NCBI GenBank assembly: GCA_027623195.1
Contig: JAQBUT010000002.1
Span: forward strand, 64,001-128,000
Direction of reading: 5' to 3'
DNA length: 64,000 nt
Origin: Chloroflexota bacterium
Lineage (GTDB): Bacteria; Chloroflexota; Dehalococcoidia; Lucifugimonadales; JADFKI01
How positions within the stretch are numbered: position 1 is the stretch's first letter; the number at the start of each line of letters is the position of its first letter. Below the pieces are notes generated by a model. That model was not told the origin of the DNA and did no database searches. It saw nothing but the letters and a program-made list of their open reading frames with translations. The translations under genes were made by a program, and so were the position numbers. Shown here piece after piece: positions 9,034 through 18,115 of the stretch.

Positions 9034-10634
9034 TGAAGATGAGGAGTCCCTTTAGGATCGCACCGTTGGTGACAATGGCTCTGGCGGTGGCCTTTCTACT
9101 AATAAGTCAGGTGCCGACGGCTCAAGCGGCCAAGCCTTCCGGCCCAGATAACAATGTGATAGCACGCAGCAATGGCTACCCCAGCGGCGCGCATTTCAAC
9201 CTGAACATTCACGGTAAGAATGACAGCTACACATGCGACTCCACCCCAGGAGGGAAGTCGGTCTTCGTTCGAGAGTACGGCCACTCGACCGTTCAGTATG
9301 TTTCAAATAAGAGGTCTAGCGTAACCGACCTGATTGCTCTCGATCCTTGCGCCGAACAGTACGATGGCGATCCTGTAAAGGTCCAGATACCATACGAGCC
9401 TGAAGGCTATTACGTTTTCGCCCGGTTGCGTGCCAAGCCACAGAGCGGTAATGGCGACGACGATGCCACTTCTGTGATCCTCACTCCTAACCCAGTGTTG
9501 GAGATGTGCAACGAGTCCACCGATTCAATAGATTTCGGCGGCAACACCTCGTGTAGCGACGACCTTCTCTCGCTGGGCCTGGTTACCAACGATGGTGTTT
9601 ACAAGACGTCTGAAGAGTACTTCGAACGTTGGGATGGCACCTCCGGCGCCAAAGGCAAGACAACGGCCACGGACATCACGGGCCTGTTCACCTGGACCGG
9701 CTACTCATGCGACGATGTCTTAGACATCAATGGAGACGGCGTCATCGACGTTAACGACGTCCCTAATGATCTTGACGGCGATGGAGACATCGACGACGCG
9801 GACCTAGGTATATTCCTGTCCCTGAACTGTACTTTCTATAATCAGGAATGGATCTTCAATCTTGCTGACCTGGTTGTGCAAGATCAGGACATCAACAATA
9901 ACGGCTCAAAGCTTCTAAAGCTTCGCTTCTACCCTGTGGCAACCACTGAGTACATGTCTGATACACCTGACGTTGCCGCAGATATTCATGACAGTAACGA
10001 CATTAATCACACCGGCATAGGCGGCTCGACGGTGCAGACTGGAACGACCATACATGCCAGCGCCACGTTGACCGCAGGAACCGGCCCTACGCCCACAGGC
10101 ACCGTGACGTTCCATCGGTTTGCGACCATCGACTGCACGGGCGTCCCAGTAGATGAGACACTGGCTCTAATTAATGGCGTGATTGAGTCCGGCGACTTTT
10201 TAACTACTGCGGGCTACCTTTCGTACCTGGTGGATTACGATCCCGATGCGTTCTCGGATCACTACAATCCGTCCATCAGCGCTTGTGTGCCTCTGGGCGT
10301 GGGAACAACACCTGCCGTCGCCACACAGATCCACGATGACTTGCACTCCGACATAACCGGCAGTTCAGTTATCGCTGGTGGCAATATACATGCGCAGGCC
10401 TCGGTGTCGGGCGCTCCTACCGGCACGGTAACCTTCCATCGATTCGACACGGCGGACTGCACTGGTCTATCTGTTAATGACACGGTAGCTTTGGACTTGG
10501 CCGGCAATGCGGAATCCAGTGCATTCACCACAGTCATAGGGGTGCTGTCCTACGTAGCAAATTACAATGGCGAGGACGCTAATTACTTTCCCGCCGTCGG
10601 AAGCTGCGTAATGCTTACCGTGATAAGCCCGTAG
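9027..10634 (+). CDS. Secreted protein with DxDxDG Ca-binding-like motifs and two C-terminal Ig-like repeats; paralog of 10790..11521
   Basis: Signal peptide (TAQA); DINGDGVID, DLDGDGDID; two copies of IHD...TGTVTFHRFxTxDCTG; true start may be ATG 9033. Confidence 0.8.
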   Translation: MRMKMRSPFRIAPLVTMALAVAFLLISQVPTAQAAKPSGPDNNVIARSNGYPSGAHFNLNIHGKNDSYTCDSTPGGKSVFVREYGHSTVQYVSNKRSSVTDLIALDPCAEQYDGDPVKVQIPYEPEGYYVFARLRAKPQSGNGDDDATSVILTPNPVLEMCNESTDSIDFGGNTSCSDDLLSLGLVTNDGVYKTSEEYFERWDGTSGAKGKTTATDITGLFTWTGYSCDDVLDINGDGVIDVNDVPNDLDGDGDIDDADLGIFLSLNCTFYNQEWIFNLADLVVQDQDINNNGSKLLKLRFYPVATTEYMSDTPDVAADIHDSNDINHTGIGGSTVQTGTTIHASATLTAGTGPTPTGTVTFHRFATIDCTGVPVDETLALINGVIESGDFLTTAGYLSYLVDYDPDAFSDHYNPSISACVPLGVGTTPAVATQIHDDLHSDITGSSVIAGGNIHAQASVSGAPTGTVTFHRFDTADCTGLSVNDTVALDLAGNAESSAFTTVIGVLSYVANYNGEDANYFPAVGSCVMLTVISP

Positions 10635-10771
10635 CGTCTCATTAACAGACAAACCTAACACTAATAAAGATAGTTAATTGAAAAGGCCGCGTCGTTGCTT
10701 CGGCCAGCCACATGGTTGTGCTGGTCGGAGTAGTCGAAGGGCGGTTTCGCTAGGAGGCGGAGTGATCCGCT

Positions 10772-10796
10772 TAGAAAATTCGGTGGAGGATGAGGA
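10772..10796 (+). repeat. 25-nt direct repeat covering the RBS/start (copy 2)
   Basis: Identical to 9009-9033. Confidence 0.9.
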
Positions 10797-11521
10797 AGAA
10801 GAAAATGCTTGGAATGGGGACGCTGGTGCTATCTGCTGTGGCGCTTGTGGCCTCATCCTGGGCTGCAAGTCCGGGCTGGGCCGAGGCCACCGGCAACGGC
10901 GCTCCCAGAGGCGCGCACTACAATCTGAATGTCATCGGCGTTTCGAAGGATAAGAAGGCCGATATGACGAACTTCAATAGGCACGTGATTTTTGTCAAGG
11001 ACGACGGCAAGACAAGAATTAACCTTGCCGAAGGTGACGACTATCAGGTGTTGGATGGCAATGGTACCGACGGAGCAGCAGCCTTCCAGCTACCCAACCC
11101 TGATCCAGATAATGACGGCACGACAACTTACTCTGTCTTTGCGCGGGCTTTGGGAGTCCCAGGAGGAAGTGCAACCATTGCCACCTGCGCTATGGCTCCG
11201 GGGGTGGACGGCATCCTGGGTACAGCCGATGACGAAGAGGTTTGCAATACCGGCGAAGTTACGGTCGGCCTGACCCGAGGCAACGGAAAGTCGTCATTCG
11301 AGAACGTGTCAAAGGAGATGCTGTATCTCTGGGACGTCGACCTGGATGGAGACGGAGTGGTCGACATTGATCGGGTCAATCTCTTCAGCGACTTACTTGA
11401 AGGGTACTACTGGGACTATGACAATAATGGTCTGAAGTTAGCTCAGTTCCGTTTCTACGAATGTTCCACCAGCGTAGGTGATGGTTCTGGCGACTCCATT
11501 AACGACGGAGCCTGCTTCTGA
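10790..11521 (+). CDS. Secreted protein with DxDxDG motifs, paralog of 9027..10634
   Basis: Signal peptide; NGAPRGAHYNLNVIG vs NGYPSGAHFNLNIHG; NNGLKLAQFRFY vs NNGSKLLKLRFY. Confidence 0.8.
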   Translation: MRKKKMLGMGTLVLSAVALVASSWAASPGWAEATGNGAPRGAHYNLNVIGVSKDKKADMTNFNRHVIFVKDDGKTRINLAEGDDYQVLDGNGTDGAAAFQLPNPDPDNDGTTTYSVFARALGVPGGSATIATCAMAPGVDGILGTADDEEVCNTGEVTVGLTRGNGKSSFENVSKEMLYLWDVDLDGDGVVDIDRVNLFSDLLEGYYWDYDNNGLKLAQFRFYECSTSVGDGSGDSINDGACF

Positions 11522-11659
11522 CACCCTAATAAGTTACCCCCTTTAGTGTGAGGACGCCGGAGCCGGCCTCTGGTGTCCTCAAAATATCCTGGTTATCCCC
11601 TCCGAGACGATGAGCGGTGGCGGTTATTGAGGCAAATAAGATTCGGAGGACGATATACA

Positions 11660-12028
11660 GTGATTTCTTTCAAGAAGATCGGAATAATGTCGGCGACTGC
11701 TGCCGTCCTGGCGGTAGGTTCCTTCTCCAGCGGAGCCTTCGCGTCGCCCGTGGATGCGGCCAAGATGCCCAAGTTTGACGTCTGCCACTATCAGGCCGAG
11801 GATGAGTTGCTGCTGGATGAGCTTGGTGTACCTGTACTCGACGAATTCGGAAACCCGACAATATTGGACCCTGCAGGGTGGCGAATGATTAACGTATCTG
11901 GTAGCGCTTTGCCTGCCCACATAGATGGTGATGCCCTTCATCCGGGCCACACCGACGGAACAACAATGGATTACGTCATTACCGACCAAGCAGGTGCTGA
12001 CGCCTGCACCGTGTTGATCAACAGTTAG
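11660..12028 (+). CDS. Small secreted protein with VCH...INVSxxALPAH..HxD motif
   Basis: GGAGG RBS then GTG at 11660; signal peptide MISFKKIG...GAFA. Confidence 0.7.
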   Translation: MISFKKIGIMSATAAVLAVGSFSSGAFASPVDAAKMPKFDVCHYQAEDELLLDELGVPVLDEFGNPTILDPAGWRMINVSGSALPAHIDGDALHPGHTDGTTMDYVITDQAGADACTVLINS

Positions 12029-12081
12029 AAGAGAACGAAACAAGAAGAAGTAGAGGGACCAAAGTCTCGGAGAATAACGCG

Positions 12082-12110
12082 AGGGCCGTCCAGCTAATGG
12101 CGGTCCTTTT
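12082..12110. terminator. Probable intrinsic terminator
   Basis: AGGGCCGTC...GGCGGTCCT followed by a T-run, between convergent genes. Confidence 0.55.
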
Positions 12111-12111
12111 C

Positions 12112-13347
12112 TTATGGTGCGGTATGCACGGGCGTCTTGGCCTGTGTGAGGGACAGCACCCCGGTTAAGAAGAAGCACGCCACCGTGATAAATGCCACAT
12201 GGTAGCTGCCCGTCATATCGAAAGTCAGACCAGCCAGTAGCGGTCCCACGCCGAAAGACACCACCATCGTTATGTTGATGATGCCCATGATGCTGCCAAA
12301 GTACCTGATTCCGAACGCGTCCTGCACTATCAGTTGGAACAGAGCCCCAAATGCGCCCAGGAAGAAGCCGAAAAGAGGCATTATCACCCACAAGAGCCAG
12401 GGCGTTAAGCCTACAAAGAGCATAGCGGTGAGAAAGGTGGCCTGTCCCGTCAGGTCTATCATTAAAGCGTAACGAGCTGAAATGCGCTCCGCGACGAAAC
12501 CCATCACGAACTTACCACCCATACCAAAAAGCGCCACCAGACTCAGACCTAGTGTCGCCCAACCCTGGGGGATTCCTTCATTAGTAAGGTGGTTGATGAT
12601 CTGAGGCAGCACCGTACTGTAGGTGAAGGTTCCCAGCATGATGGTCATGGCGATAAAGTAGAAGCTCCTGCTGTGGAGCGCCTCCCTCAGCGTCCAACCT
12701 GTGAGCGTGACCGTTGTAGTCTTCGGCTGATTACCCATGCTAGGTGGCTGGTCCCGATTCGGATTTTCGCTAACGACAAAGAACGCGAATGCCGCCACAG
12801 CAAACGCCAAAATGCCGTATGTGATGTATGCCCCTCGCCAGGAACTCATCACAAATATCAGTCCGGTAAACAGAGGGAACACTAATCCGCCGAAGTTGTT
12901 GCCCATGGCCGTGATACCCATCACCCTGCCGCGAGTCCTCTGGAACCATATACCAACTAATCTACCGGCAGGCAGCATGGCCGCACCGGCAAAGCCAATG
13001 AACTGGAGGAAGCTAAGGGCGTACCAGTGCCACAGGTCGGTCATTAGGGGTCTAAGCAGGAAGCTGAGGCCGATGAGCATTAAGGATGCGATCATCACTT
13101 TTTTGGCGCCATGACGATCCATGTATCGACCGATGAATGGCGCTGCTAGACTGCCGACAGCCGTGAAGGATAACGAAGCGTTGATCTGAGTGCGATTCCA
13201 GCCGAACTCAGTTTCCAGAGGCTCGACGAAGAGGCCGAAGGCGTATTGGCCGGTACCCACAGTTAACGCGTAGGCCAGGAATGGGGCCGAAACGACCAGC
13301 CATCCCGGATTTATCCCCTTCCCTGTGAGCTTGGACGCAATGGACAT
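12112..13347 (-). CDS. MFS transporter (OFA/MCT-like)
   Basis: About 12 hydrophobic segments, motif A GRYMDRHGAK, WFQRTRG. Confidence 0.9.
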   Translation of the reverse strand: MSIASKLTGKGINPGWLVVSAPFLAYALTVGTGQYAFGLFVEPLETEFGWNRTQINASLSFTAVGSLAAPFIGRYMDRHGAKKVMIASLMLIGLSFLLRPLMTDLWHWYALSFLQFIGFAGAAMLPAGRLVGIWFQRTRGRVMGITAMGNNFGGLVFPLFTGLIFVMSSWRGAYITYGILAFAVAAFAFFVVSENPNRDQPPSMGNQPKTTTVTLTGWTLREALHSRSFYFIAMTIMLGTFTYSTVLPQIINHLTNEGIPQGWATLGLSLVALFGMGGKFVMGFVAERISARYALMIDLTGQATFLTAMLFVGLTPWLLWVIMPLFGFFLGAFGALFQLIVQDAFGIRYFGSIMGIINITMVVSFGVGPLLAGLTFDMTGSYHVAFITVACFFLTGVLSLTQAKTPVHTAP

Positions 13348-13496
13348 GGAAATGAGTATACGGGAATATCCGGGCCTCTAGATAGCCTTCTGTACGAGGG
13401 AATTAAAGATTCTATTCATGAATTTATTGGCCTCATTGTCTCCTGTGAGTCTGACCTGGGTCTATCGGCGTCCTGACTGCTGTGTGGGCGCGGCTG

Positions 13497-13525
13497 TTGA
13501 CGCAAAAAACCTTCGCGTATATCAT
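13497..13525 (+). promoter_or_regulatory. Putative sigma70 promoter
   Basis: TTGACG-N17-TATCAT upstream of the formyltransferase. Confidence 0.55.
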
Positions 13526-13615
13526 CCCTGATGCACCCCCGTGGAGTTTGGGATATCAGGGGGATCGGGCTAATGCAGCCCCGTACAAACGGACACAATA
13601 TTCAGGAGGAAATTT

Positions 13616-14548
13616 ATGGCTGACGACTTTCGCGTCGCAGTTATTGGGCAGGCGGCATTTGGCGAGAGCGTATTGAATGCTCTGGTCGAGGGTGGTGAAA
13701 ACGTGGTTGGGGTTTTTTGCACTCCGGACCGCGAGGGCAGGCCCGTGGACCCCATAAAGGCTGCGGCGGAAAAGCACGGCGTGCCCGTGTTCCAGTTCCG
13801 GCGCATGCGCAACCAGGATGCCATCGACGCCTTTCTAGGGCTTAATACTGACCTTTGCGTCATGGCCTTTGTGACCGACATCGTGCCGGACGCCATGCTT
13901 GAGGCGCCGAAGCAGGGCACCATTCAGTACCACCCGTCGCTGCTGCCGTTGCATCGCGGGCCCAGCTCCATCAACTGGCCCATCATTATGGGAGATAAAA
14001 AGACAGGCCTGAGCATATTCTGGCCGGACAAGGGGCTGGACACGGGTCCGATACTTCTTCAAAAAGAGACCGAGATTAGCGCGGACGACACCCTGGGCAG
14101 CGTCTACTTCGACAGGCTGTTCCCCATGGGAGTGGAGGCAATGGTCGAGTCGGTGCAGATGGTGAAGAACGGCACCGCCCCCAAGATCGTGCAGGACGAG
14201 AGCAATGCCACCTACGAGGGCTGGTGCAAAGCTGAAGACGCCGTTATCAACTGGAGCAAGCCTGCCAGCGAGATCTACAACCTGGTTCGGGGAGCAGACC
14301 CGAGCCCCGGAGCTGGCACCACGTTCAAGGGGAGCAAGATCCAGTTCTTCAGGGCCAGCAGTAACGACGTCGACACCGGCAAAGCGCCCGGTGAGATCGT
14401 GAGTGTGACCGATACTGCCTTCGAGGTGGCAGCCAGCGGCGGCAGCATCGTCGTAGGCCGAGTGCAGCCCGAAGGCGCCCGCAAAATCATGTCCCCCGAG
14501 TGGATAGAGTCCGTAAGCTTAAAAGTAGGCGACAAGTTCGGGGAATAG
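13616..14548 (+). CDS. Formyltransferase family protein (Fmt / 10-formyl-THF hydrolase-like)
   Basis: HPSLLPLHRG, GLDTGPILLQ, Fmt-like C-terminal domain; RBS AGGAGG. Confidence 0.88.
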   Translation: MADDFRVAVIGQAAFGESVLNALVEGGENVVGVFCTPDREGRPVDPIKAAAEKHGVPVFQFRRMRNQDAIDAFLGLNTDLCVMAFVTDIVPDAMLEAPKQGTIQYHPSLLPLHRGPSSINWPIIMGDKKTGLSIFWPDKGLDTGPILLQKETEISADDTLGSVYFDRLFPMGVEAMVESVQMVKNGTAPKIVQDESNATYEGWCKAEDAVINWSKPASEIYNLVRGADPSPGAGTTFKGSKIQFFRASSNDVDTGKAPGEIVSVTDTAFEVAASGGSIVVGRVQPEGARKIMSPEWIESVSLKVGDKFGE

Positions 14549-14571
14549 TTTCCGATAAGATCAGCTAACGC

Positions 14572-14606
14572 AAGGGGCGGTCGTAAGACCGCCCCTTTTG
14601 TTTTTT
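14572..14606 (+). terminator. Intrinsic terminator
   Basis: AAGGGGCGGTC-GTAA-GACCGCCCCTT followed by a T-tract. Confidence 0.9.
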
Positions 14607-14680
14607 GCCCGATACTCTGCTGTTATAATGTTTGCCTTTCCTTGCAAAAAGCACAAATTTGTGGGCGTGCCAGGTGTAAT

Positions 14681-15916
14681 ATGCCTAGTCGATGGGATCA
14701 ATGGTATAGCGGTGGGCATCCACCTACTTGTACATGTGTTGCCTGCAACGATAGACGCCTAGGTCGACTGGGGGCCGGGCAAGGAGGGGGAGGGCGCAGA
14801 GGCGCAATAGGAGTGGCCGAGCGGCCTGACTACCCCCGTCGGGATGAAGGTAAGTCGTGGTTCCGGCCGATATTTTTTGGGGCGTTAATCATAGTCACTA
14901 TTGGCTTGATCGGCTCATTCTCGATTCATTTTAGTCAAGGGGCGACTGGCGCTGACGCGGTAGCCATGGTCGTAGACAATGTTAAATTGACGGCCACCTG
15001 CCCTACTGAGGTAGGTAGGGTGGCAAGATTCATCTTGCGGCCTGATTCTGTTCCCATCACGTCGGAATTATCTGCGGACGCCTCTTCGAGATTCTTAGAC
15101 GCCATATGCGATGGTCACATTGCCGTTGCTCAAGCCATCATCTTGGAAGGCCGAAATATCGGAACTAGAAGTGCAAATGATTTCAGTCCGACAGTGACCC
15201 CTTTTCAATTTCTGAGGCCAACAGTTGCCGTGGTTATAATCCCCTCCGCAACCGTTACTCCAACGCCTCGGCAGAATATCTTGCCTAAATCGACACGCAC
15301 GCCGCCATCTGCACCGCCGACTACCGTAGTTCAAACGCGGCCTACAAATACCCCGGCATCAACTAATGTTCCAGCCAAAGCACCAAGCTTCTTTGAATCA
15401 CTGGACGACTTGCGAAAATCTAGCGGCATCACGCAACCTGATATCGATCTACAGCAATTGGCCGAGCGAGTTCATGCTTTGATCAATGCTACACGTAGCA
15501 AAAACGGGCTTAGTCCGCTTGCTCTTGATCCAAAAATAACAACCATCGCCCAAATTCATAGCGTTGATATGGCCCGATTTGATTATTTTGATCATGATAA
15601 TTTGCAGGGGCTGGATGCTACGGCTAGAGGTGCGGCTGTCGGCTACGATTGCATAAAACACTACGGAGGTTACTACACATTTGGCTTAGCTGAAAATATC
15701 TATCAAGCTTGGCTTTACTCTTCAACGACTTATATTAACGGCCTACCTATTCGAGATTGGAATTCGCAGGAAGAACTAGCGATAATTGCCGTCCAAGGAT
15801 GGATGGATAGCCCTGGCCACAGAGAAAATATTTTGACCGATACCTACGACAGAACTGGAGTAGGCGTAGCCGTTGCCCAAGATGGCAAGATATACATCAC
15901 TCAGAACTTTTGCTAA
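14681..15916 (+). CDS. Membrane-anchored CAP/SCP-domain protein with Pro/Thr linker and N-terminal Cys-rich motif
   Basis: LINATR..GL..L, HSVDMA...FDH, AENI, WMDSPGHRENIL, YITQNF; one TM segment; HPPTCTCVAC; start uncertain (14642 TTG or 14681 ATG). Confidence 0.85.
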   Translation: MPSRWDQWYSGGHPPTCTCVACNDRRLGRLGAGQGGGGRRGAIGVAERPDYPRRDEGKSWFRPIFFGALIIVTIGLIGSFSIHFSQGATGADAVAMVVDNVKLTATCPTEVGRVARFILRPDSVPITSELSADASSRFLDAICDGHIAVAQAIILEGRNIGTRSANDFSPTVTPFQFLRPTVAVVIIPSATVTPTPRQNILPKSTRTPPSAPPTTVVQTRPTNTPASTNVPAKAPSFFESLDDLRKSSGITQPDIDLQQLAERVHALINATRSKNGLSPLALDPKITTIAQIHSVDMARFDYFDHDNLQGLDATARGAAVGYDCIKHYGGYYTFGLAENIYQAWLYSSTTYINGLPIRDWNSQEELAIIAVQGWMDSPGHRENILTDTYDRTGVGVAVAQDGKIYITQNFC

Positions 15917-16416
15917 TGCCCTTCGCCCTCGGCCTCTTTGCGGCGGCGTTCGCGGTTAGTGATCTGGCGGACGGCCTCGTCGGCACCCATGCGTCCCACC
16001 GGGCCTGAGGCGTACATGGAGCCTATCACCACGCCGCCTCGACTTATCAGGAACTCGGATGGCTGTATGTAGCCTCCCCTGTCCTCTGACCACCATGCGC
16101 CGAAGCTTTCGGACTCCGCCTGCGTAACGCCGTAGGCCACCGGGAACGTTGCCCCCGACTCCTCGACGGTCTTTTGGGCGTTCTCCAGAGTGTCCACGCT
16201 GGCGGCGACTACGGTGCAACCCAAGGCCTCAAGCTCGGCCTTCTGCGACTCCCACGCGGCTAACTGCCGCACGCAGTACGGTCACCAGTGGCCACGGTAG
16301 AAGAGCAGCGCTACGTACCGGCTGGGCATCTCCGCTGGAAACGACATGGTGCCGCCGTTAGTGAAGTTAAGGCTAAGAGAGGGGAACCTGTCGCTCTGTT
16401 GAAGCATTGCGGCCAT
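15913..16416 (-). CDS. AhpC/TSA (peroxiredoxin-like) selenoprotein; Sec at codon 45 (TGA 16284-16282)
   Basis: GGAGG RBS + ATG 16416 in frame with the track ORF; FYRGHW-TGA-PYC = UxxC; downstream SECIS-like hairpin. Confidence 0.85.
16253..16273 (-). promoter_or_regulatory. Putative bacterial SECIS element
   Basis: CGUGCGGC-AGUUA-GCCGCGUG; loop starts 17 nt after UGA with G at loop position 2. Confidence 0.65.
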
Positions 16417-16504
16417 ATTGCTGTTTCCTCCGGCATGGGATTTTAAGGTTGCCTGACTCGAAATTCACCCTTGTGCTAGTGAGATGCATTCCAGGACATA
16501 TCGA

Positions 16505-16987
16505 TCAGCCCTCGATCAACTCTTCCTGAGGCTCATTGGCCGCACGCTCGCCGTCCAAGACCTTGGACAGGACCCTGAGCAGTGCTTGTACATCAAACCG
16601 GTCCAGGTACCGCAGGAAATGCTCTTCAATGCCGTTAATATGGCCCGGCATGGCATCGAACAGCGTCGTCTCGCCGTGGTTTGTGATGACCGCGTACGTT
16701 CCTCGCCTGTCCTCTTCGCAGGGGTGGCGTTCCACCAGTCCGGCCTGCTCCATACGGTCCACCAGCCGGGTGAGGCCGCTGCGACTAAGCAACGCCGACT
16801 CGGCCAGCTCCTGCATGCGCAAGGCTCCGCGCGGTGCGCTGTCCAGGTGGGCCAGGATGTCGTACCAGGTCAACGGAAGGGACTGCTCGTCCTGCATCTC
16901 CCGCTCCAGTTCGCGCATAACGGAGGCGTATGTGAGCAGGAATGCCCTCCAAGATGCTAGCCTCTGATCGTCGGATGCTGTGGTCAT
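16505..16987 (-). CDS. MarR-family transcriptional regulator
   Basis: WYDILAHL...LRMQELAE.ALLSRSGLTRLVDRME..GLVER...DRRG; probable near-leaderless start at ATG 16987. Confidence 0.92.
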   Translation of the reverse strand: MTTASDDQRLASWRAFLLTYASVMRELEREMQDEQSLPLTWYDILAHLDSAPRGALRMQELAESALLSRSGLTRLVDRMEQAGLVERHPCEEDRRGTYAVITNHGETTLFDAMPGHINGIEEHFLRYLDRFDVQALLRVLSKVLDGERAANEPQEELIEG

Positions 16988-16997
16988 AATGTTTGCG

Positions 16998-17077
16998 ATA
17001 TTACCATCATTAAATTGCTTTGACAATTATTGTGAAGGCAAGTAATAATCGAAAATCATGGTTGTATAAGCAATCAT
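16998..17077. promoter_or_regulatory. marR promoter with two TTG-N6-CAA palindromes (candidate operators)
   Basis: Minus strand TTGTCA-N17-TAATAT; AATTG-CTTTGA-CAATT (17013-17028) and ATGGTTG-TATAAG-CAATCAT (17058-17077). Confidence 0.55.
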
Positions 17078-17220
17078 CGACGGGCGAACAAGTACTGGTC
17101 GCCCTGCATCAGATTTTAAATTAGGGTTCTCCATGATCGGTTGTGGATGGCCAATTATGTGGTTATGATGGGGTGGAGCAGCACACGTCTTGTGTATTAA
17201 CGAAACCCATAGGTGGATGG

Positions 17221-18069
17221 ATGAGTCAAGAAAATAGGCCCGGCTTACTGGCAATATTCGCTCACCCGGACGATGAGTCGGCCGCCACGGGTGGTACATT
17301 GGCGCACTACGCAAAACTGGGTTTTCAGGTTGGGCTGGTATGTGCGACCCGCGGCGAGATAGGCGAGATTTCCGATCCTAACCTTGCGTCTCAGGCCAAC
17401 CTCGGCGAGGTGCGGGAGCAAGAGTTGCGTGATGCAGCCGCGGCCCTGGGTGTGGCTGACCTGACACTATTGGACTATCGTGATTCGGGCATGGCCGGCA
17501 CTGCCGATAATGAGCATCCAAACGCCCTCACTAATGCGCTGGCCGACGATGTTGTGGCGGCGCTGGTTGGAATTATTCGGCAACGCAAGCCTGGCGTTGT
17601 GATAACCTTCGACCCTAACGGAGGTTACGGCCACCCCGACCACATCGCCATACACCATCACACCGTCGAGGCCTTTACGGCGGCGGCGGACGTCTCCCGG
17701 TACAAGGACAAGGGAGCGCCCTGGAGTGCATCTCGGCTGTTCTACACCGTGTTCACCAAGGGCACCTTTGCAACGATGCGAGAAGGCCTGGAAAAGTTCG
17801 GCGCGGACTCCTCTGAGATGGACGAATGGGAGTCGGTGGCTCAGCTTTGGGACGACAACGATGTGCACGTGCGTATGGACCTGTCTGGAGTGGCCGACGC
17901 CAAGTGGGAGGCCTTGAACGCCCACCGCACTCAGTTCGGCGAGAACAATATTTTCAGTCGCATACCGGTAGAAGATGCCAAGGCCGCCATGTCCAGCGAG
18001 ACGTTTGTGCTGGCTCTGCCCGTCCCCGCTCCCGGAACCATCCTGGCAGACCTATTCGACGGCATTTAG
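17221..18069 (+). CDS. PIG-L family deacetylase (MshB/Mca-like)
   Basis: AHPDDE, TRGEIGE, YRDSGMAG, GGYGHPDH, AHRTQ. Confidence 0.9.
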   Translation: MSQENRPGLLAIFAHPDDESAATGGTLAHYAKLGFQVGLVCATRGEIGEISDPNLASQANLGEVREQELRDAAAALGVADLTLLDYRDSGMAGTADNEHPNALTNALADDVVAALVGIIRQRKPGVVITFDPNGGYGHPDHIAIHHHTVEAFTAAADVSRYKDKGAPWSASRLFYTVFTKGTFATMREGLEKFGADSSEMDEWESVAQLWDDNDVHVRMDLSGVADAKWEALNAHRTQFGENNIFSRIPVEDAKAAMSSETFVLALPVPAPGTILADLFDGI

Positions 18070-18115
18070 GCTTATTAAGCCCCCCTGACGCTCGGAGAGG
18101 AATCGAAGATAACGA

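Noticed and set aside
11519..11551. Sec readthrough at other TGA stops (e.g. after ...GACF at 11519)
   Set aside because: No redox-motif context and no meaningful downstream continuation.
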